From Octopus vulgaris (Eukaryota): DNA of 64,000 nucleotides. The DNA lies in NCBI GenBank assembly GCA_951406725.2, contig OX597832.1, forward strand, positions 37,820,001-37,884,000, given 5' to 3'. The notes under the pieces were generated by a model that was not told the DNA's origin, ran no database searches, and saw only the letters and a program-made list of their open reading frames with translations. Below, one piece after another: positions 55,863 through 64,000 of this stretch; position 1 is the stretch's first letter, and the number at the start of each line of letters is the position of its first letter. The translations under genes were made by a program, and so were the position numbers.

Positions 55863-56281
55863 GTTGCTGGCCAAAGACGTAAATGAATAAAAAAAAATCG
55901 TAAGATAAAACAACAAACACAAATGCTCCTTGGGTTACAATCCTTTGTTGTCGTTGCTGTTGTTGTTGTTGCAAAGGGTGTAGTGTTATTAGTATTACAG
56001 TTGTTGTTGTTGTTGATGATGATGATGACGATGATGATACGGCAATGGTGTTTGGTAGTAATGGAGGAAAAGGATGCTCTCTGTGTCTTCGCCATGTTTA
56101 CAAATACACATGGTAGCACAAAGTAAATAAGAGACATTAACTGATAAAATTGTTTAAAAAAAATTGTACACGTCAGTTATTTTTTGTTGTTTTTGTATTG
56201 GTTCTTTGTGCCCTCGTCTTTCTTTGTGCGCATGTGGTGTTCCGGGTTTTGTATGTATACATAATATACACACACACACAC

Positions 56282-56312
<31 letters not shown>

Positions 56313-56834
56313 TTATATATATGTGTATATATATGTATGTGTGTGTGTATATATATATATGTATATATATATATACACACACATATATATATATATACAT
56401 ATATACACACACAAACATACACGTTTGTGTGTAGATCTTACAAAACCGAAAGCGCATTGTAGTTTGTGTAACAAACATAAAGACACCGACAACAATAATA
56501 TCACCACCACCACCACCACCGCCACCACCTCAACACAATCATCGTCATCATCACCACCACCACCAGCATCATCATCAACATTACCAACAATGGCTGCTGT
56601 GTAATGATTCAGTGTTGTGTTTTGGAAATGAACCACGAATTTCAACGAAACGCACAGACGGAACGATCCCCTCCTACTCCCTTTTAGCGATCCGCAACCT
56701 TTGTTTTATTCTTTCACTCCTACTCTTTCTTTCATCATTTCCCCCTTATTCTTTATTTTCTCGTTCTCATCCCCACCCACCCACCACCACTTCCAATCTC
56801 TTCTTTTCTCTTCGTATATTTTTCTCCACCCACC

Positions 56835-56865
<31 letters not shown>

Positions 56866-57043
56866 TGTTTCAATGAAGTTGCAAACTTGCAAGCATCAGA
56901 AATCTAGTTCGGTGCTTCTATTTATTCTACCATCTTCACCCCCCCCCCTCTAGGCCCCCGTCCCGACCAATATTTGCGCATTCAGACATCGTAGACATAA
57001 TCTCATCATTGTATCATTATATGTGTGTGTGTGTATGTGTGTG

Positions 57044-57086
<43 letters not shown>

Positions 57087-57090
57087 TTAT

Positions 57091-57163
<73 letters not shown>

Positions 57164-58099
57164 CAGTAATTATAACTCAGAACCAATAATTTATAGTTTA
57201 CGTTCATGCTTTTTACCAAATGCAGTACCCGGGAAAGAAAGTGCATCGTAACATTAACAACCAGGAATTGAAACCGGGTCGCAAAATCGATTTGCCCCAC
57301 CTTGACAAGGTTTTTTCTTTTGTATTTATTTTGTTTTTCCGTTCCTACCCTTTGGTGTATAAAGAACACCTGACTCTTCACTATTGCCTGTCTATCTATC
57401 TTTGACCTTTACATATATCTGGCTAAACAAATAAAAGCATAAGAGCCTTCCCCCTCCATCTTATTCCTCCTCATACTCACTCTCTCTCTCTCTCTCTCTC
57501 TCACTCATTTCTGTCACATTGAAAATTGACTCACATCTTTGATAAGGGGGAAACTAACTTCAACATTGCACGTGTTTAGATAGTAAATTTTTTACCTGTG
57601 TAAACATGGCTGTTATCATAATGAATGATAGAGACGTATGTGTGAGTGTTACTAGCCGTGTACATGTGTAAGCGCGCGCATGGGTCTGTATGTGCGAGCG
57701 TTTGCGTGTGCGTGCGTGTATTCATACATATCTTTGTGTCCCTGTGTGTGTACAATCTTCTCAGGCAACACAGCTATGATGGGTTTCACTTCGCTCCCCT
57801 CGCCAACCCATCTCCTTTCAAGGTAGCTAATAATTATTATTGACAAAGTCGCATCACCGAACGTTTCGCCATTGGATTCAGTTGTTTCATATACATGACA
57901 AATAAACTCCGTTCATTCATTATCTTCAAGCCTCCTTTAATAACAAGTTTGTGACTCGCGAAGTCAAATAAATAAATAATCTTCCTTCATTTACATTTTT
58001 TTCCCTTTCAGAACTCAAAGAAAACATCACGAATTAGAAACTAGAGCCATCAACTTTTTCCAGTGTGTGTGAACGTGGACGGAGAAAATATTCCAGTGG

Positions 58100-59090
58100 A
58101 GTGATGTTTACGGGAAAAACATCTAGAGAGGTACGAGTATGAGGGTTAAATAAGAGCCGAAGGGGTTAGATGCACCAAGAGCAACAAAAAGTAGAAAGAC
58201 GAAGAGGTCGGGGTTCCCTAATCATGGAGATACAAGAGCAGCCAGCTTTGAGAAGCAGAGACATTAAGATCCACAGAGAAAAGACAATACAATTGCAGAC
58301 GTAGTCTGGAACGTCTGTGTGCATAGCAGCAGCACTCGACTGTGGATCTCCCTTGAGCTTTGTACAATGTTGGGAGATGAATTTTTTTCTGGCCCTGAAG
58401 AGAGAGCAAGACTTTGAGATATGATCTTAGCTAATATAAAATATGTTTTTCGCGAGGGGAAAGCGTCTCTAATAGTGAGGCCATAGGATTTGAAGTGACC
58501 GTGAAGGCTCCAGTTGAATGTCCTTCATGTATTGCAGGGATGTGGTAGTATTGTTTTGATAAGTAGTGCTTGAGATTTTTTACTCTTAGAAGAAATAAAA
58601 TTCCCATGGCCTCACTGAAAGATGTTCTCTAGAATCAATGCATGATTTGAGTTGTTTAGAGTGGATGCGGAGGGGGACTTTAGGGAGGAAGAATCAAAGT
58701 TCATGTCATCTGCATGAGCGTGGGTGTTGTTGGATGTGGTGGTAAGAAGGTCATTCATGTATAGAGAAAAGCGAGTGGAGGAACGCCAAAGTAAATTGTC
58801 AGGAAGAGCTCCGACAACAAATTCCGCAAAACTGTGATCAGATAGGAAGCTACTGATCAAAGGGATGCGGGGTAGAGTTCTATTGCTCTCACCATTTCAT
58901 TTTGATGCCAGACATGGCCGAATGATTTGTTGATGCCCAGAGCAAAGCATTGTTTTCACTTAACTTCTCTAAAGTGAGAGGCCACCAATGAGCGAAAGAA
59001 ACAAGGTCACCACTAAATCTGGTCCCGCGGAAGACATACAGGTGGTCACTAAAGAGAGAGACTGAAGGTTTTGAAGAACGCCAATGTTAA
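58100..59090 (-). mobile_element. CR1/L2/Jockey-group LINE reverse transcriptase relic
   Basis: Minus-strand fragments SLFSDHLYVFRGTRFSGDL (~SDHQYGFR..RST.D), NKSFGHVWH (~KAFDRVWH), ISSFLSDHS, FSLYMNDLL..SNNTHAHADD (~F..YINDL...YADD), TLYKAQGRSTVEC (~LYKA.IRP.LEY); frameshifted; boundaries approximate. Confidence 0.85.
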
Positions 59091-59684
59091 TAAAGGTGGC
59101 ATCGTGTGGTTCATTCGGCCTGTTAGAAATAGCAGTCAGTCTCCTTCAAATCACACTTTATCGTCTTTAGAAAAAGGAGACGTGAGACTAGATTTATAGT
59201 AAGTCACACTTTACCACTTCATCCTCAACACCACCACTAGATATACACTCACACATACACACCGCCACCGCCGCTGTCACCAACATCGTCATCTATATTT
59301 GAATCAGATCAGTAACGCTACAGATAAGAACCAACAAGTCTCTCTCTCCCTCCCTCTTTCTCTCTCTCTCTCTCTTGCATCTATTAACTTAGAATAGTCT
59401 AAGAAGAGAACGCTATCAAACTCACCATTGAATTGAGGCACCTATGATACTGCGAAACCTTTAGTCACCACGACATCCTTCACTATACAAGATAGTAAAG
59501 GCCAGTGTTACCCCCGCCATCACCGAAGCAACAACGCAATCACCACTGCTACACTATGCAAGGCGGTATTTATGTACCAGGGGTACTACCATAAGTATCA
59601 CAGCCACCCTACACTATAGAGGATGGTAGTACGTGAAAATTCTGCAACAACTAGAACAAGAGCTGCCATCACTACACTTTAGAA

Positions 59685-59837
59685 CAGTCGTGGGAACGTT
59701 GCGGCCCGCGGGACTTTTTGAATGGTACCCGTAACGAAAAACAGCCTTGCATTTATTTTTTTTTAGAAACATGACCACCCTATATGATCAGCCATGTCTC
59801 ACGAGGCCCGCATCTCGATAAAGTTCGCCCGTTACTG
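59685..59837. mobile_element. hAT-type MITE, degenerate
   Basis: Ends CAGTCGTGGGAAC / GTTCGCCCGTTACTG with subterminal GGCCCGC motifs; TSD weak. Confidence 0.55.
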
Positions 59838-60759
59838 CGTATAAAAGGATTATCCTATATGAAGTTAAGTTGCACTACTATGGTCACTGCAACTACTACT
59901 ACTACTACAGTATACAAGATGGCAGTATGTGAAGCGAGTACATAAACCACCATCCCCACCATCGCTACCGCCACTGCTATAGAGACACCACAATCACTCC
60001 CACCACCACCACTACATTATACAAGGTGGTAACATGTGAAACCAGTGCTGTCAGCCACAGATTATTTACATAGCACCACGCTTCAGTTGGCAAGCACACC
60101 GAGTGTATCGGAGCTGAAGCGTAACGAAATACAACACCACAGATATCTACTCTCCCTTTGTCTCTCACCCTACACATAAACATGCAGATCTCTACCCGTA
60201 TACACACACACACACTTGTACGACTCAAAATATTTCAATTAACACCCTGCCATTATAATAACCTGAGGATATATTTATCATAGATATATCTATTTGTATA
60301 TTTTTCAGCCCCCTATGCCAGACTATCACGAAGTAACCTACCTGTCTAGCCAAGAATCTGTCTAGTTATCATTTCATCTATCTATCTATCTGTCTAGTTA
60401 TCATTTCATCTATCTATCTATCTAATCTTAGTCTATGCCTCAGTAATTTCATATTCTCTTATAATATAATCGTATGTACAACTCGTTCGTTTTTCACGTA
60501 CACGTGTCTACGTATGCCAGTATTATATATAAGTATATATATAATAAGTATATATATATATATATATATATATACAGACACACACACACCTACAAAAGTA
60601 GACAAATGAATATAATTTATTGAGGTACACACACATGTATATATATCGTTTCTGTATACATACCTAGCTATTGACAATCTGTCCGTAAGTGAATACAAGT
60701 CAATATATTCGCCGCATTCAGCAAAAATGAATACAAATATAACGATAATGGTTTCTAAA

Positions 60760-61895
60760 TTTGAAACAAGGTCACACATTTGCCTCTATCGATTTAATGA
60801 CTTTTAGTACTTGATTGATATATATTTTATCGATCTCAGCACGATGAAACGTTAAATAAACTTCTACGTGTACTGACCTAATAATTAATTATTACTGAGC
60901 TGACAGAATCGTTAGAGTGTCAGACAAAATACGTGGTAGCATTTCTTCCGTTTTTTTTTTTTTTTTGCATTCCGCGTTAAAATTCCGCCAAGGTCTTAGT
61001 TTTACCTTTCATCCTTTCAGGGTCAATGAAATAAATACCAGTTGGGCATAGGGGGCGATATAATCGATTTTTTTCTCCCCTCGAAGTCGTTGGCCTTGTT
61101 CCAGAAATTAGAGTTATTGTTAAGGTGGCTTGCTAACAATCGTTTGCGCGTCGGACAAAATGCATTGCGTTTTTTCCTTCTGGCTCTTTACGTTCTGAGT
61201 TCAAATCCCGCTGAGGTCAATTTTACCTTTCACCCTTTTGAGGTCGATAAAATAAGTACCAGCTGATTGCTGTGGTCAATGCAATCGACTATACCCCTGC
61301 CCCAAATTTCAGACCTTCTGCCTATAATAGAAAGGGTTATTATTGTTGTTGTTGTTGTTACTATTATCTTTATTATTATTATTATTAAGGCGGCGAGCTG
61401 GCAGAATCGTTAGCACGCCGGGCAAAATGCTTAGCGGCATTTCGTCCGTCTTTACGTTTTGAGTTCAAATTCCACCGAGGTCGACTTTGCTTTTCATCCT
61501 TTCAGGATCGACACATTATTAAACACCGGTGAAACACTGGGGGTCGATGTAATCGACTGGTCCTCTCTCCACCAAATGTCAGGCCTTGTGTCTTCAGCAG
61601 AAAGGATATGGCTTCATTTTAAGTGAGCAATGGGGCTCTACTTGATTAACTAAATCGAATCTAGTACTTCTACTAACAGGTGAAAATTAGTGTTGGTTGC
61701 GACAGTCTTTGAACCGATAAGCGATCTTGACACAAGGTCAGCTATTTGGAGGGAACGGGTAAATCGATTACATCGAAGCCAGTGTTCAACTGGTAATTAT
61801 TTTATCGAAAGAATGAAAGGCAGAGTCGACCCCGCCGGCGTTTGAACCCAGAATGTAATGACGGACGGAATGTCAGTAAGCATTTTGTCCGACAT
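60760..61895. mobile_element. Cluster of five SINE family A copies (- ~60760-60850, + ~60895-61110, + ~61120-61340, + ~61388-61610, - ~61730-61895)
   Basis: 61388 copy is close to consensus: aggcggcgagctggcagaatcgttagcacgccgggcaaaatgcttagcggcatttcg...gaggtcgactttgcttttcatcc. Confidence 0.85.
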
Positions 61896-62151
61896 AAGCG
61901 AAAAACAATAATGAAAGACAGCTTTCTCTTGCCATCGCTTACTGTTCTCACCTTGCCATACCTAGATATGTAGTGTCCTTTTGCAGTCTACTTTTTTTCC
62001 ATTTTTTTAATAGAAATATTTAGGATAGTGTAAAATATTAGATTTAGGAAAATATGCTAAAAGATCCGCCCGTGTATGTGTATGGGTGTGTAATTCATTC
62101 ATCTGGAAATTTCATTCTCAGCACCCGTTAGATTACCAATTCGGATTACAT

Positions 62152-62218
<67 letters not shown>

Positions 62219-62224
62219 ATATAT

Positions 62225-62390
62225 ACGACGGGCTTCTTTCAGTTTCCGCCTACTAAATCCACTCACAAAGTTTTGGTCAGCCCAAGGCTATATTGGAAGA
62301 CACTTGCCCAAGGTGCCACGCAGTGGGACTGAACCCGGACCCACGTTGTTGCGAAGCAAGCTTCTTACCACACAACCACGCCTCTGCCTA
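62225..62390 (-). mobile_element. SINE family B copy
   Basis: gacgggcttctttcagtttccg...cacttgcccaaggtgccacgcagtgggactgaacccgg. Confidence 0.85.
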
Positions 62391-62624
62391 TATATATAAA
62401 TACATACATATGTGTGTGTGTGTTCTTTGTCCTCCACTACTGTTTACAATTGGTGTCTGATTATATCTCCGTAACATAGCGGTTCGGCAAAGGCAAACGA
62501 TAGTATAAAAACCAGACTTAAAGAAATGTCCTGGGGTCGATCCTTTCAAGTAAAACCCTCCAAGTTAGTGCCCCCGCATGGCCGCAGCCTAATGACTGAA
62601 GCAAGCAGAAATTACAAAAGATAC

Positions 62625-62655
<31 letters not shown>

Positions 62656-63264
62656 ATTGCACATACATTTTTATGTATACACATATATTTTTATGTATGA
62701 TATGTATAAATATATGTATGTGTGTATACACACATGTACTCGTATATTTAATATTTGTGTTGACGAACGTGATATAACAACCATGTAAGTTTTCCTGTTG
62801 ATATGTGCATACCATTATTGCAAAAAAATATACACATACATACCTTAATTATAAAAGCTTCTACACACATGTGTATGTGAAGTTGTATATATTTATTTAC
62901 ATTGTGTGTGTATGTATGTGCGTTTACATTACACACCTATATATAGCTATTCTGGTATTTAACTCCAACAGATGTTTTACAAATGTCGGACTTAACCATA
63001 CAGCATATACACCCATTCAAATTGACATACATGCGCCCCAGCGCTTTCATGTTTCAACATATACATAAAACATACACAAAGGTAAATAAATGATAGAGTC
63101 GTACATATGAATGTGAAGAAAAATATTAGATATATAGGTATATAATCTATTGTAGCTAACCATACTGGGGTACTGCTTAAATCGAACAAGTCAAGAAAGA
63201 TACTAATTATATATACATATGCACATATATATATATCTATATGTATCCGTCTCTCTCTCTCTCT

Positions 63265-63307
<43 letters not shown>

Positions 63308-63439
63308 GAGAGAGAGAGAGAGAAAGAAAGATCCAACATAAAAATAAGACTTTAAATGATGATACCTTAATTTACATGTATGTGTGTATATATATATATA
63401 TGCGTATGTACGTATCTATCAATCTATCTATCTCTCTCT

Positions 63440-63480
<41 letters not shown>

Positions 63481-63558
63481 CAAAATGGGACAAGAACGCA
63501 AAACATTCAAATAGACGACACAAAAAACGGACGGGTCATTCGAAGACTAATCTTCAGT

Positions 63559-63686
<128 letters not shown>

Positions 63687-64000
63687 CACGCACATACATA
63701 TGCGTGCATGTGTGCGAAACGATGTATACAAATAGAGCGAATGAGTGTGAAGATTTGCAGATATCCGAGTGTATCTTTTTTAAAAACCAACCGGAGTTTG
63801 GCAGACTCTTCCCAGAGTTATAACGGCTGTAATGGTGGTGGTCGTAGATAATGACGGTAGTAGTAGTAGTAGTAGTAGTGGAGCGATTTAGAAGGTAATG
63901 ATGAATGCTAAGAGAGAGATATTCATGTGTAACAGTGGAGGCGCCGTTGTCGTCACCCGGCACCGACATCAACAGCAGCGCGGCCCGGCGTGACATGCGC

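Overview
AT-rich, extremely microsatellite-dense eukaryotic DNA; the SINE families and (TA)n/(CA)n/(AAT)n load suggest an octopus (coleoid cephalopod), which is an inference. The only supportable host protein-coding sequence is the last coding exon of a Zic/odd-paired zinc-finger gene (minus strand, 33396-33988; ZF4, ZF5, polyQ/H insert, EWYV motif). It is entered through the conserved phase-1 intron at the HTG linker, and no upstream Zic exon is visible, so 33989-64000 appears to be one intron over 30 kb. The rest is repeats: a dead mariner with TIR and TA site, hAT MITEs with 8-bp TSDs, many tRNA-derived SINEs of two main families, CR1/L2-like and RTE LINE relics, a probable solo LTR, a U2 snRNA 5' fragment and a tRNA-Gly pseudogene. 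The most unusual signal is a set of short non-coding elements anchored in (TA)n microsatellites carrying hammerhead-ribozyme cores. These include a near-perfect 247-bp palindrome in the Zic intron with a complete minimal type I hammerhead in each arm, resembling non-autonomous Penelope-like or retrozyme-like elements. Almost all ORFs in the supplied track are microsatellite artefacts.
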